The position numbers and the translations under genes are program-made. Source: Nemertoderma westbladi (taxonomy: Eukaryota; Animalia; Xenacoelomorpha). From it: 64,000 bases of DNA. Position 1 is the first letter of the stretch. Each line of letters begins with the position of its first letter. Of the stretch, positions 11,301 through 27,600 are shown piece by piece. Below the pieces are notes generated by a model that saw only the letters and a program-made list of their open reading frames with translations, did no database searches and was not told the DNA's origin. The stretch lies in the NCBI GenBank assembly GCA_032718475.1, contig JAUCBJ010009150.1:62001-126000 (forward strand), read 5' to 3'.

Positions 11301-13605
11301 ATATCATATGCTATGCTATGCTATGCTATGCTATGCTATGCTATGCTATGCTATGCTATGCTATACTATACTATGTTATGCTATGCTATGCTATGCTATG
11401 CTATGCTATGCTATGTTAAGCTATGATATGCTATGTTATGCTATGCTATGCTGTTCTATGATATGCTATGCTATGCTATGCTATATGCTATGGTACATCC
11501 TATGCTATATGCTATATGCAATATATCATATGCTATGCTATGCTATGCTATGCTATGCTATGCTATGCTATGCTATGCTATACTATGCTATGCTATGCTA
11601 TGCTATGCTATTCTATGATATGCTATGCTATGCTATATGCTATGGTACATCCTATGCTATATGCTATATGCAATATATCATATGCTATGCTATGCTATGC
11701 TATGCTATGCTATACTATGCTATACTATGTTATGCTATGCTATGCTATGCTATGCTATGCTATGTTAAGCTATGCTATGCTATGCTGTTCTATGATATGC
11801 TATGATATGCTATGCTATGCTATGCTATATGCTATGGTTCATCCTATGCTATATGCTATATGCAATATATCATATGCTATGCTATGCTATGCTATGCTAT
11901 GCTATGCTATGCTATGCTATGATATGCTATACTATGCTATGCTATGCTATGCTATGCTATGCTATGCTATGCTATTGTATGCTATGATATGCTATGCTAT
12001 GCTATGCTATGTTAAGCTATGATATGCTATGTTATGCTATGCTATGTTTGTCAAAATGACATTTTGACATGTCATTTTGCAAAAATGTCACTTTCAAATT
12101 GACAGTTTGACATGTCATTTTGTCAAAATGTCACTTTCAAATTGACATTTTGACATGTCATTTTGCCAAATGTCATTTTCAAGTTGACATTTTGACATGT
12201 AATTTTGCCAAAATGTCACTTTCGAATTGACATTTTCACATGTCATTTTGCCAAAATGTCAATGTGTCAATATGTCACTTTCAAATTGACAGTTTGACAT
12301 GTCATTTTGTAAAATGTCACTTTCAAATTGACATTTTGACATGTCATTTCGCCAAAATGTCACTTTCAAATTGACATTTTGACATGTCAATTTGCCAAAA
12401 TGTCATTTTCAAGTTGACATTTTGACATGTCATTTTGTCAAAATGTCATTTTCAAATTGACATTTTGACATGTCATTTTGTCAAAATGTCATTTTGTCAA
12501 AATGTCATTTTCAAATTGACATTTTGACATGTCATTTTGCCAAAATGTCACTTTCGAATTGACATTTTCACATGTCATTTTGCCAAAATGTCAATGTGTC
12601 AATATGTCACTTTCAAATTGACAGTTTGACATGTCATTTTGTAAAATGTCACTTTCAAATTGACATTTTGACATGTCATTTGGCCAAAATGTCACTTTCA
12701 AATTGACATTTTGACATGTCATTTTGCCAAAATGTCATTTTCAAGTTGACATTTTGACATGTCATTTTGCCAAAATGTCACTTTCGAATTGACATTTTCA
12801 CATGTCATTTTGCCAAAATGTCAATGTGTCAATATGTCACTTTCAAATTGACAGTTTGACATGTCATTTTGTCAAAATGTCATTTTCAAATTGACATTTT
12901 GACATGTCATATTTTATGAGATTTAAGGTATTTTTTCTTGAAAAAGCAGACATAACTATTCCCAGTCCGTTTCTGTAACATTTAGAGAAAAGTTCACTTG
13001 TGATACTTCTTTTAGTGTTAAATTAACAGCAGATTCCAAATACAGTAACCGTTTTTACTTAAATTGTAGATTTTGCAACAAAAATAAAAAAAAAATCTGA
13101 TTTGAGAGAATCACAACAAAACTTTTTAAGTTTAAAACAACCGGTTATGTTAAACATAACGGTAACGTATAACGGCATAACGGTACCAAAAATAACTTCA
13201 TTTTAATAACAAAATAAACGGATAAACAGATGAGTAACCAGAACCCGGTAGCACAAACATACAGATCAGTAACAGCAGTATCAACACCAGATTAGCACAA
13301 GACTTAATAAGTAAAATGAAAGCCGACTTCCACCACTGGGTACGAACCTATTGCTTAACGAAATGTCCCTATTTATAATCGAATATGGTGCGAGCCACAA
13401 AGTCTGTGAGCCATAGCATATAGTTGAATGTAGAGCATGCATGGGCCATTGTCAGTCCGTTGAATTGAGATTTAGATGGAAAATCATATCATTAGCCAAA
13501 ATGGAGCCTTCGCAAAACGTTTATCTAATGAACAATGTCTATTATTTGGCCTAGCTAGTACAACTGTATGCCACCGTTCACGGACCCCGCCAACCTACCG
13601 AGTCC

Positions 13606-13758
13606 CTACAGATCTCCCTTGGGTTCCTCTTGGCCCTCGAAGTATCGTATCTTATCCTTGGGATTGGGGATTATGGTAGCGCTGCCCGGCTTCCAGTCGA
13701 TCGGGCAGACGTCCCCGTGCTGGTCCGTGTACTGGAAGGCCTGCACGAGACGCAGGGT
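13606..13758 (-). pseudogene. Peroxiredoxin C-terminal exon fragment, copy 3
   Basis: Identical translation; synonymous TGT>TGC change at the resolving Cys codon. Confidence 0.9.
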
Positions 13759-16700
13759 CTGTAAGGGTCCGTAAGTCGTTCTCAACATTATTGTGGGAAT
13801 CTGGGAAGCCCAAGTTCGCACGGCGTGGGTTCGTGGATGCCATAGCACGCGTCCCGACCTGGAGAAAACAATTAAGTGAAAATACAAATGAACAGTGACA
13901 AGTTATTTAAAAATCTCATATAATTAAATATCAATTAAACATCAATAAACACAAACACATATTTAATAATAAACAAACACACCAACACTTATATAATGTT
14001 GGAATGAATAATTACCCGTTGTAACAATAATTGCAAGCCAGACGTCCCAACACTTTAATAAATAATTCATTGCGAACGACTTGCTGGTAATGTTGTGAAT
14101 AAACAGTAAATCTAAACTCTAAATAATCAATTGTAATTAAACTTTAAACCAAAGCGATTTTAAATAAGAAACTTTGTTAAACGTAACTTATAATATATTC
14201 AGCTACTGAGGAGGCAGCGCTTATTATATATTGGTGTTGGTGTCTGTAATACAAAACGAACAAATGTCTGGCCATTGACCTTGTGTCTTTGTGTGAAGCC
14301 GCGCTATCCAATAATAAGACGGTATAACAATTATTGGTTGTTCAAGCAAAGGCAATGTATACGTTAATGTATAATAATATGTTGCTTGGCGTGGGTGGCT
14401 GAGGCCTTGGCCTTGGTTGGTTAGTTTCCAGGGTGATATGTTCTAGAATATTAAATTATTTACCTTGAGTGAACCAAACCAACCACCCACACAATGCTGA
14501 AGCACATTGTATCCCAGCCGTCCAGCCCAGCCCGTCTGGCGCCTCCTACAACACAATGCAAGCAGCTCAGCTCAATATTGCTTGAAAATTCTCTTGTAAA
14601 TATTTCCCCCATCAATAAATAATTACACTTGAAATGCACTATAGAGGGGTGGGGAGGTGTTAGCGGTGTCGCCAGGCGATTCTAACTGTTTTTGGGGATC
14701 ATTTCCTTAAAATATATTTTTTATGCTCTATCTCGTGGTGTCGGTTAGAACGCGCGAAAATGAAAATCGATGGTCATTTTTGAAAAAAATCGGAAGTTAT
14801 TTCGATAAATTATGGCTAATTAACGGAAGGGCTTTTGTGTTGGCAATTTATTATTTAATACAGTTGAATATTTGGCTGAATTGAAGTTCATTAACCCGGG
14901 TAATTAAATTGAAATAACAAGTTATTTTGCAAAATTATGGCTAATTTTGGGAAGGGCTTTTGGAATGGAAATCAAATTTAAATGAAAGGTGTTCTTAGGA
15001 GAATTTGAATTAATAACGAGTGCCCTACATAACGGCGCAGTGCACTTAATAACGAGTGCACTACATAACGGCGCAGTGCACTTAATAACTAGTGCCCTAC
15101 ATAACAGCGCATTGCACTTAATAACGAGTGCACTACAAAACAGCGCAGTGCACTTAATAACGAGTGCACTACATAACGGCGCAGTGCATTTAATAACTAG
15201 TGCCCTACATAACAGCGCATTGCACTTAATAACGAGTGCACTACATAACGGCGCAGTGCACTTAATAACGAGTGCACTACATAACGGCGCAGTGCACTTA
15301 ATAACTAGTGCCCTACATAACAGCGCAGTGCACTTAATAACGAGTGCCCTACATAACGGCGCAGTGCACTTTATAACGGTGCAGTGCACTTGATAAAGAT
15401 GTAGTGCACTTCATAAAGGTGTTAGTAGTGCACTTCATAACGATGCAGTGCACTTAATGTTATATGCTATATTTCATGTTATATGCTATAGTACATGCTC
15501 TGCGATATGCTATATGGTATGGTATATGCTATGTTATGCTATATGCTATATTATATAAGCTATATGTCATATGTTATATGTTATGCTATATGCAATGTCA
15601 TGCTATATGTTATGGTATATACAATGTTATATGCTATATGTTGTTATATGCTATAGTACATGCTAAGCTTAATGCTATGCTATATGCAATTCTATATGCT
15701 ATGCTATATGTTATATGCTATAGTACATGCTAAGCTAAATGCTATGCTATATGCAATTCTATATGCTATGCTATATGTTATATGCTATATGTTATGCTAT
15801 ATGCCACGTTATGCTATATGTCATATGCTATATGTTATATAGCCTATGCTATATGCTATATGTAATTCTATATGCTATGCTATATGTTATATGCTATAGT
15901 ACATGCTAAGCTAAATGCTATGCTATATGCAATTCTATATGCTATGCTATATGTTATATGCTATATGTTATGCTATATGCCACGTTATGCTATATGCTAT
16001 GCTATGCCACGTTATGCTATATGTCATATGCTATATGTTATATAGCCTATGCTATATGCTATATGTAATTCTATATGCTATGCTATATGTTATATGCTAT
16101 AGTACATGCTAAGCTAAATGCTATGCTATATGCAATTCTATATGCTATGCTATATGTTATATGCTATATGTTATGCTATATGCCACGTTATGCTATATGC
16201 TATGCTATATGCTATGCTATCATATGTTATGGTATATACAATGTTATATGCTATATGTTGTTATATGCTATAGTACATGCTAAGCTTAATGCTATGCTAT
16301 ATGCAATTCTATATGCTATGCTATATGTTATATGCTATAGTACATGCTAAGCTAAATGCTATGCTATATGCAATTCTATATGCTATGCTATATGTTATAT
16401 GCTATATGTTATGCTATATGCCACGTTATGCTATATGTCATATGCTATATGTTATATAGCCTATGCTATATGCTATATGTAATTCTATATGCTATGCTAT
16501 ATGTTATATGCTATAGTACATGCTAAGCTATATGCTATGCTATATGCAATGCTATATGCTATGCTATATGTTATATGATATATGTTATGCTATATGCCAC
16601 GTTATGATATGTGCTATGCTATGCTATATGTCATATGCTATATGTTAAATGTTATGCTATATGCCATGTTATGTTATATGCTATAGTACATGCTAAGCTA

Positions 16701-19239
16701 TATGCTCTATGCTATGCTATATGCTATATATCATATGCTATATGCTATGGCACATCCTATGCTATATGCTATATATCATATGCTATGCTATGCTATGCTA
16801 TACTATGCTATGCTATGGTGTGCTATGCTATGCTATGCTATGCTATTCTATGATATGCTATGCTATGCTATGCTATACTATGCTATATGCTATGGTACAT
16901 CCTATGCTATATGCTATATGCAATATATCATATGCTATGCTATGCTATGCTATGCTATGCTATGCTATGCTATGCTATGCTATACTATACTATGTTATGC
17001 TATGCTATGCTATGCTATGCTATGCTATGTTAAGCTATGATATGCTATGTTATGCTATGCTATGCTGTTCTATGATATGCTATGCTATGCTATGCTATAT
17101 GCTATGGTACATCCTATGCTATATGCTATATGCAATATATCATATGCTATGCTATGCTATGCTATGCTATGCTATGCTATACTATACTATGCTATGCTAT
17201 GCTATGCTATGCTATTCTATGATATGCTATGCTATGCTATATGCTATGGTACATCCTATGCTATATGCTATATGCAATATATCATATGCTATGCTATGCT
17301 ATGCTATGCTATGCTATACTATGCTATACTATGTTATGCTATGCTATGCTATGCTATGCTATGTTAAGCTATGCTATGCTATGCTGTTCTATGATATGCT
17401 ATGATATGCTATGCTATGCTATGCTATATGCTATGGTTCATCCTATGCTATATGCTATATGCAATATATCATATGCTATGCTATGCTATGCTATGCTTAT
17501 GCTATGCTATGCTATGCTATGCTATGCTATGCTATGATATGCTATCTATGCTATGCTATGCTATGCTATGCTATGCTATGCTATGCTATGCTATGCTATG
17601 CTATGCTATTGTATGCTATGATATGCTATGCTATGCTATGCTATGTTAAGCTATGATATGCTATGTTATGCTATGCTATGTTTGTCAAAATGACATTTTG
17701 ACATGTCATTTTGCAAAAATGTCACTTTCAAATTGACAGTTTGACATGTCATTTTGTCAAAATGTCACTTTCAAATTGACATTTTGACATGTCATTTTGC
17801 CAAATGTCATTTTCAAGTTGACATTTTGACATGTAATTTTGCCAAAATGTCACTTTCGAATTGACATTTTCACATGTCATTTTGCCAAAATGTCAATGTG
17901 TCAATATGTCACTTTCAAATTGACAGTTTGACATGTCATTTTGTAAAATGTCACTTTCAAATTGACATTTTGACATGTCATTTCGCCAAAATGTCACTTT
18001 CAAATTGACATTTTGACATGTCAATTTGCCAAAATGTCATTTTCAAGTTGACATTTTGACATGTCATTTTGTCAAAATGTCATTTTCAAATTGACATTTT
18101 GACATGTCATTTTGTCAAAATGTCATTTTGTCAAAATGTCATTTTCAAATTGACATTTTGACATGTCATTTTGCCAAAATGTCACTTTCGAATTGACATT
18201 TTCACATGTCATTTTGCCAAAATGTCAATGTGTCAATATGTCACTTTCAAATTGACAGTTTGACATGTCATTTTGTAAAATGTCACTTTCAAATTGACAT
18301 TTTGACATGTCATTTGGCCAAAATGTCACTTTCAAATTGACATTTTGACATGTCATTTTGCCAAAATGTCATTTTCAAGTTGACATTTTGACATGTCATT
18401 TTGCCAAAATGTCACTTTCGAATTGACATTTTCACATGTCATTTTGCCAAAATGTCAATGTGTCAATATGTCACTTTCAAATTGACAGTTTGACATGTCA
18501 TTTTGTCAAAATGTCATTTTCAAATTGACATTTTGACATGTCATATTTTATGAGATTTAAGGTATTTTTTCTTGAAAAAGCAGACATAACTATTCCCAGT
18601 CCGTTTCTGTAACATTTAGAGAAAAGTTCACTTGTGATACTTCTTTTAGTGTTAAATTAACAGCAGATTCCAAATACAGTAACCGTTTTTACTTAAATTG
18701 TAGATTTTGCAACAAAAATAAAAAAAAAATCTGATTTGAGAGAATCACAACAAAACTTTTTAAGTTTAAAACAACCGGTTATGTTAAACATAACGGTAAC
18801 GTATAACGGCATAACGGTACCAAAAATAACTTCATTTTAATAACAAAATAAACGGATAAACAGATGAGTAACCAGAACCCGGTAGCACAAACATACAGAT
18901 CAGTAACAGCAGTATCAACACCAGATTAGCACAAGACTTAATAAGTAAAATGAAAGCCGACTTCCACCACTGGGTACGAACCTATTGCTTAACGAAATGT
19001 CCCTATTTATAATCGAATATGGTGCGAGCCACAAAGTCTGTGAGCCATAGCATATAGTTGAATGTAGAGCATGCATGGGCCATTGTCAGTCCGTTGAATT
19101 GAGATTTAGATGGAAAATCATATCATTAGCCAAAATGGAGCCTTCGCAAAACGTTTATCTAATGAACAATGTCTATTATTTGGCCTAGCTAGTACAACTG
19201 TATGCCACCGTTCACGGACCCCGCCAACCCACCGAGTCC

Positions 19240-19392
19240 CTACAGATCTCCCTTGGGTTCCTCTTGGCCCTCGAAGTATCGTATCTTATCCTTGGGATTG
19301 GGGATTATGGTAGCGCTGCCCGGCTTCCAGTCGATCGGACAGACGTCCCCGTGCTGGTCCGTGTACTGGAAGGCCTGCACGAGACGCAGGGT
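19240..19392 (-). pseudogene. Peroxiredoxin C-terminal exon fragment, copy 4
   Basis: Identical translation. Confidence 0.9.
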
Positions 19393-22300
19393 CTGTAAGG
19401 GTCCGTAAGTCGTTCTCAACATTATTGTGGGAATCTGGGAAGCCCAAGTTCGCACGGCGTGGGTTCGTGGATGCCATAGCACGCGTCCCGACCTGGAGAA
19501 AACAATTAAGTGAAAATACAAATGAACAGTGACAAGTTATTTAAAAATCTCATATAATTAAATATCAATTAAACATCAATAAACACAAACACATATTTAA
19601 TAATAAACAAACACACCAACACTTATATAATGTTGGAATGAATAATTACCCGTTGTAACAATAATTGCAAGCCAGACGTCCCAACACTTTAATAAATAAT
19701 TCATTGCGAACGACTTGCTGGTAATGTTGTGAATAAACAGTAAATCTAACCTCTAAATAATCAATTGTAATTAAACTTTAAACCAAAGCGATTTTAAATA
19801 AGAAACTTTGTTAAACGTAACTTATAATATATTCAGCTACTGAGGAGGCAGCGCTTATTATATATTGGTGTTGGTGTCTGTAATACAAAACGAACAAATG
19901 TCTGGCCATTGACCTTGTGTCTTTGTGTGAAGCCGCGCTATCCAATAATAAGACGGTATAACAATTATTGGTTGTTCAAGCAAAGGCAATGTATACGTTA
20001 ATGTATAATAATATGTTGCTTGGCGTGGGTGGCTGAGGCCTTGGCCTTGGTTGGTTAGTTTCCAGGGTGATATGTTCTAGAATATTAAATGATTTACCTT
20101 GAGTGAACCAAACCAACCACCCACACAATGCTGAAGCACAGCGCATTGTATCCCAGCCGTCCAGCCCAGCCCGGCTGGCGCCTCCTACAACACAATGCAA
20201 GCAGCTCAGCTCAATATTGCTTGAAAATTCTCTTGTAAATATTTTCCAACTCAATAAATAATTACACTTGAAATGCACTATAGAGGGGTGGTGAGGTGTT
20301 AGCGATGTCGCCCGGTGATTCTGAGCGTTTTTGGTGATCATTTGCTTAAAATATATTTTTTATGCTCTATCTCGTGGTGTCGGTTAGAACGCGCGAAAAT
20401 GAAAATCGATGGTCATTTTTGAAAAAAATCGGAAGTTATTTCGATAAATTATGGCTAATTAACGGAAGGGCTTTTGTGTTGGCAATTTATTATTTAATAC
20501 AGTTGAATATTTGGCTGAATTGAAGTTCATTAACCCGGGTAATTAAATTGAAATAACAAGTTATTTCGATAAATTATGGCTAATTAACGGAAGGGCTTTT
20601 GTGTTGGCAATTTATTATTTAATACAGTTGAATATTTGGCTGAATTGAAGTTCATTAACCCGGGTAATTAAATTGAAATAACAAGTTATTTTGCAAAATT
20701 ATGGCTAATTTTGGGAAGGGCTTTTGGAATGGCATTGAAATTGAAATGAAAGGTGTTCTTAGGAGAATTTGAATTAATAACTAGTGCCCTACATAACAGC
20801 GCAGTGCACTTAATAACGAGTGCCCTACATAACGGCGCAGTGCACTTTATAACGGCGCAGTGCACTTCATAAAGGTGTAGTGCACTTCATAAAGGTGTTA
20901 GTAGTGCACTTCATAACGATGCAGTGCACTTAATGTTATATGCTATATTTCATGTTATATGCTATAGTACATGCTCTGCGATATGCTATATGGTATGGTA
21001 TATGCTATGCTATATGCAATATGCTATAAGCTATGTTATATGTTATGCTATAGTACATGCTATGCTATATGCTATGCTATATGCTATGCTATTTGCTAGG
21101 CTATGTGCTATGCTATATGTTATAGGCTATGCTATATGCTATATGTCATATGTTATATGTTATGCTATATGCAATGTCATGCTATATGTTATGGTATATG
21201 CCACGTTATGATATATGCTATGCTATGCTATATGTCATATGCTATATGTTAAATGTTATGCTATATGCCATGTTATGTTATATGCTATAGTACATGCTAA
21301 GCTATATGCTCTATGCTATGCTATATGCTATATGCAATATATCATATGCTATGCTATGCTATGCTATATGCTATGATACATCCTATGCTATATGCAATAT
21401 ATCATATGATATGCTATGTTATGCTATATGCTATGGTACATCCTATGCTATATGCTATGCTATGCTATATGCTATGCTATATGCTATGCTATATGATATG
21501 ATATATGCTATGCTATATGTTATATACTATATGTTATGCTATATGCCACGTTATGCATGCTATGCTATGCTATGCTATGCTATGCTATGCTATGCTATGC
21601 TATGCTATGCTATGCTATCATATGTTATGTTGTTATATGCTATGCTATGCTATGTTATGCTATGCTATGCTATGCTATGCTATGCTATGCTATGCTATGC
21701 TATGCTATGCTATGATATGCTATGCTATGCTTTGCTATGCTATGCTATGCTATGCTATGCTATGCTATGCTCTGCTCTGCTATGATATGATATGATATGC
21801 TATGCTATGCTATGCTATGCTATGCTATGCTATGCTATGCTATGCTATGCTATGCTATGCTATGCTATGCTATGCTATGCTATGCTATGCTATGCTATGC
21901 TATGCTATGCTATGCTATGCTATGCTATGCTATGCTATGCTATGCTATGCTATGCTATGCTATGCTATGCTATGCTATGCTATGCTATGCTATGCTATGC
22001 TATGCTATGCTATGCTATGCTATGCTATGCTATGCTATGCTATGCTATGCTATGCTATGTTAAGCTATAATATGCTATGTTATGCTATGCTATGTTTGTC
22101 AAAATGACATTTTGACATGTCATTTTGCCAAAATGTCACTTTCGAATTGACATTTTGACATGTCATTTTGCCAAAATGTCAATGTGTCAATATGTCACTT
22201 TCAAATTTACAGTTTGACATGTCATTTTGTAAAATGTCACTTTCAAATTGACATTTTGACATGTCATTTTGCCAAAATGTCACTTTCAAATTGACATTTT

Positions 22301-24527
22301 GACATGTCATTTTGCCAAAATGTAAATTTCAAATTGACAGTTTGACATGTCATTTTGTCAAAATGTCACTTTCAAATTGACAGTTTGACATGTCATTTTG
22401 TCAAAATGTCACTTTCAAATTGACATTTTGACATGTAATTTTGCCAAAATGTCACTTTCGAATTGACATTTTGACATGTCATTTTGCCAAAATGTCAATG
22501 TGTCAATATGTCACTTTCAAATTGACAGTTTGACATGTTATTTTGTCAAAATGTCAATGTGTCAATATGTAACTTTCAAATTGACAGTTTGACATGTCAT
22601 TTTGTAAAATGTCACTTTCAAATTGACATTTTGACATGTCATTTTGCCAAAATGTCATTTTCAAGTTGACATTTTGACATGTCATTTGCCAAAATGTCAA
22701 TGTGTCAATATGTCACATTCAAATTGACAGTTTGACATGTCATTTTGTAAAATGTCACTTTCAAATTGACATTTTGACATGTCATTTTGCCAAAATGTCA
22801 TTTTCAAGTTGACATTTTGACATGTCATTTGCCAAAATGTCAATATGTCAATATGCCACTTTCAAATTGACAGTTTGACATGTCATTTTGTCAAAATGTC
22901 ACTTTCAAATTGACAGTTTGACATGTCATTTTGTCAAAATGTCACTTTCAAATTGACATTTTGACATGTCATTTTGCCAAATGTCATTTTCAAGTTGACA
23001 TTTTGACATGTAATTTTGCCAAAATGTCACTTTCGAATTGACATTTTGACATGTCATTTTGCCAAAATGTCAATGTGTCAATATGTCACTTTCAAATTGA
23101 CATTTTGACATGTCATTTTGTCAAAATGTCACTTTCAAATTGACATTTTGACATGTCATTTTGCCAAAATGTAAATTTCAAATTGACAGTTTGACATGTC
23201 ATTTTGTCAAAATGTCACTTTCAAATTGACATTTTGACATGTCATTTTGCCAAATGTCATTTTCAAGTTGACATTTTGACATGTAATTTTGCCAAAATGT
23301 CACTTTCGAATTGACATTTTCACATGTCATTTTGCCAAAATGTCAATGTGTCAATATGTCACTTTCAAATTGACAGTTTGACATGTCATTTTGTCAAAAT
23401 GTCATTTTCAAATTGACATTTTGACATGTCATATTTTATGAGATTTAAGGTATTTTTTCTTGAAAAAGCGAACATAACTTTTCTGAGTTCGTTTCTGTGA
23501 CATTTAAAGAAAAGTTAACTTGTGATACTTCTTTTAGTGTTAAATTAACAGCAGATTCCAAATACAGTAACCGTTTTTACATATGATTTGTAGTTCTCGC
23601 GATATTTGGGTTCAAACACAACGTTTTTTGATATTTTACGAAATTTAAGGTATTTTTTCTTGAAAAAGCAAACATAACTATTCCCAGTCCGTTTCTGTAA
23701 CATTTAGAGAAAAGTTCACTTGTGATACTTCTTTTAGTGTTAAATTAACCGCAGATTCCAAATACAGTAACCGTTTTTACATATGATTTGTAGTTCTCGC
23801 GATATTTGGGTTCAAACACAACGTTTTTTGATATTTTACGAAATTTAAGGTATTTTTTCTTGAAAAAGCAAACATAACTATTCCCAGTCCGTTTCTGTAA
23901 CATTTAGAGAAAAGTTAACTTGTGATACTTCTTTTAGTGTTAAATTAACCGCAGATTCCAAATACAGTAACCGTTTTTACTTAAATTGTAGATTTTGCAA
24001 CAAAAATTTAAAAAAAATACGATTTGAGGGAATCACAACAAAACTTTTTAAGTTTAAAACAACCGGTTATGTTAAACATAACGGTAACGTATAACGGCAT
24101 AACGGTACCAAAAATAACTTCATTTTAATAACAAAATAAACGGATAAACAGATGAGTAACCAGAACCCGGTAGCACAAACATACAGATCAGTAACAGCAG
24201 TATCAACACCAGATTAGCACAAGACTTAATAAGTAAAATGAAAGCCGACTTCCACCACTGGGTACGAACCTATTGCTTAACGAAATGTCCCTATTTATAA
24301 TCGAATATGGTGCGAGCCACAAAGTCTGTGAGCCATAGCATATAGTTGAATGTAGAGCATGCATGGGCCATTGTCAGTCCGTTGAATTGAGATTTAGATG
24401 GAAAATCATATCATTAGCCAAAATGGAGCCTTCGCAAAACGTTTATCTAATGAACAATGTCTATTATTTGGCCTAGCTAGTACAACTGTATGCCACCGTT
24501 CACGGACCCCGCCAACCCACCGAGTCC

Positions 24528-24680
24528 CTACAGATCTCCCTTGGGTTCCTCTTGGCCCTCGAAGTATCGTATCTTATCCTTGGGATTGGGGATTATGGTA
24601 GCGCTGCCCGGCTTCCAGTCGATCGGACAGACGTCCCCGTGCTGGTCCGTGTACTGGAAGGCCTGCACGAGACGCAGGGT
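24528..24680 (-). pseudogene. Peroxiredoxin C-terminal exon fragment, copy 5
   Basis: Identical translation. Confidence 0.9.
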
Positions 24681-27600
24681 CTGTAAGGGTCCGTAAGTCG
24701 TTCTCAACATTATTGTGGGAATCTGGGAAGCCCAAGTTCGCACGGCGTGGGTTCGTGGATGCCATAGCACGCGTCCCGACCTGGAGAAAACAATTAAGTG
24801 AAAATACAAATGAACAGTGACAAGTTATTTAAAAATCTCATATAATTAAATATCAATTAAACATCAATAAACACAAACACATATTTAATAATAAACAAAC
24901 ACACCAACACTTATATAGTGTAGGAATGAATAATTACCCGTTGTAACAATAATTGCAAGCCAGACGTCCCAACACTTTAATAAATAATTCATTGCGAACG
25001 ACTTGCTGGTAATGTTGTGAATAAACAGTAAATCTAAACTCTAAATAATCAATTGTAATTAAACTTTAAACCAAAGCGATTTTAAATAAGAAACTTTGTT
25101 AAACGTAACTTATAATATATTCAGCTACTGAGGAAGCAGCGCTTATTATATATTGGTGTTGGTGTCTGTAATACAAAGCGAACAAATGTCTGGCCATTGA
25201 CCTTGTGTCTTTGTGTGAAGCCGCGCTATCCAATAATAAGACGGTATAACAATTATTGGTTGTTCAAGCAAAGGCAATGTATACGTTAATGTATAATAAT
25301 ATGTTGCTTGGCGTGGGTGGCTGAGGCCTTGGCCTTGGTTGGTTAGTTTCCAGGGTGATTGTTCTAGAATATTAAATTATTTACCTTGAGTGAACCAAAC
25401 CAACCACCCACACAATGCTGAAGCACAGCGCATTGTATCCCAGCCGTCCAGCCCAGCCCGGCTGGCGCCTCCTACAATACAATGCAAGCAGCTCAGCTCA
25501 ATATTGCTTGAAAATTCTCTTGTAAATATTTTCCAACTCAATAAATAATTACACTTGAAATGCACTATAGAGGGGTGGGGAGGTGTTAGCGATGTCGCCC
25601 GGTGATTCTGAGCGTTTTTGGTGATCATTTGCTTAAAATATATTTTTTATGCTCTATCTCGTGGTGTCAGTTAGAACGCGCGAAAATGAAAATCGATGCT
25701 CATTTTTGAAAAAAATCGGAAGTTATTTCGGTAAATTGCGGCTAATTTTGGGAAGGGCTTTTGGAATGGCAATTTATTATTTAATACAGTTGAATATTTG
25801 GCTGAATTGAAGTTCATTAACCCGGGTAATTAAATTGAAATAACAAGTTATTTTGCAAAATTATGGCTAATTTTGGGAAGGGCTTTTGGAATGGCATTGA
25901 AATTGAAATGAAAGGTGTTCTTAGGAGAATTTGAATTAATAACTAGTGCCCTACATAACAGCGCAGTGCACTTAATAACGAGTGCCCTACATAACGGCGC
26001 AGTGCACTTTATAACGGCGCAGTGCACTTCATAAAGGTGTAGTGCACTTCATAAAGGTATTAGTAGTGCACTTCATAACGATGCAGTGCACTTAATGTTA
26101 TATGCTATATTTCATGTTATATGCTATAGTACATGCTCTGCGATATGCTATATGGTATGGTATATGCTATGCTATATGCGATATGCTATAAGCTATATGT
26201 TATATATTATGCTATAGTACATGCTATGCTATATGCTATGCTATATGCTATGCTATATGCTATGCTATTTGCTAGGCTATATGCTATGCTATATGTTATA
26301 GGCTATGCTATAAGCTATATGTCATATGTTATATGTTATGCTATATGCAATGTCATGCTATATGTTATGGTATATGCCACGTTATGATATATGCTATGCT
26401 ATGCTATATGTCATATGCTATATGTTAAATGTTATGCTATATGCCATGTTATGTTATATGCTATAGTACATGCTAAGCTATATGCTCTATGCTATGCTAT
26501 ATGCTATATGCAATATATCATATGCTATGCTATGTTATGCTATATGCCATATGCTATGATACAACCTATGCTGTATGCAATATATCATATGATATGCTAT
26601 GTTATGCTATATGCTATGGTACATCCTATGCTATATGCTATGCTATGCTATGCTATGCTATATGCTATGCTATATGCTATGCTATATGATATGATATATG
26701 CTATGCTATATGTTATATACTATATGTTATATGTTATGCTATATGCCACGTTATGCATGCTATGCTATGCTATGCTATGTTATGCTATGCTATCATATGT
26801 TATGTTGTTCTATGCTATGCTATGCTATGCTATGCTATACTATGCTATGCTATGCTATGCTATGCTATGCTATGCTATGCTATGCTATGCTATACTATGC
26901 TATGCTATGCTATGCTATGCTGTGCTATGCTATGCTATGTTAAGCTATATATGCTATGCTATGCTATGCTATGCTATGCTATGCTATGCTATGCTATGCT
27001 ATGTTAAGCTATGATATGCTATGTTATGCTATGCTATGTTTGTCAAAATGACATTTTGACATGTCATTTTGCCAAAATGTCATTTTCAAGTTGACATTTT
27101 GACATGTCATTTTGCCAAAATGTCATTTTCAAGTTGACATTTTGACATGTCATTTGCCAAAATGTCAATGTGTCAATATGTCACTTTCAAATTGACAGTT
27201 TGACATGTCATTTTGTCAAAATGTCACTTTCAAATTGACATTTTGACATGTCATTTTGTCAAATGTCATTTTCAAGTTGACATTTTGACATGTAATTTTG
27301 CCAAAATGTCACTTTCGAATTGACATTTTGACATGTCATTTTGCCAAAATGTCAATGTGTCAATATGTCACTTTCAAATTGACAGTTTGACATGTCATTT
27401 TGTCAAAATGTAACTTTCAAATTGACATTTTGACATGTCAATTTGCCAAAATGTCACTTTCGAATTGACATTTTGACATGTTATTTTGCCAAAATGTCAC
27501 ATTCGAATTGACATTTTGACATGTCATTTTGCCAAAAAGTCATTTTCAAGTTGACATTTTGACATGTCATTTGCCAAAATGTCAATGAGTCAATATGTCA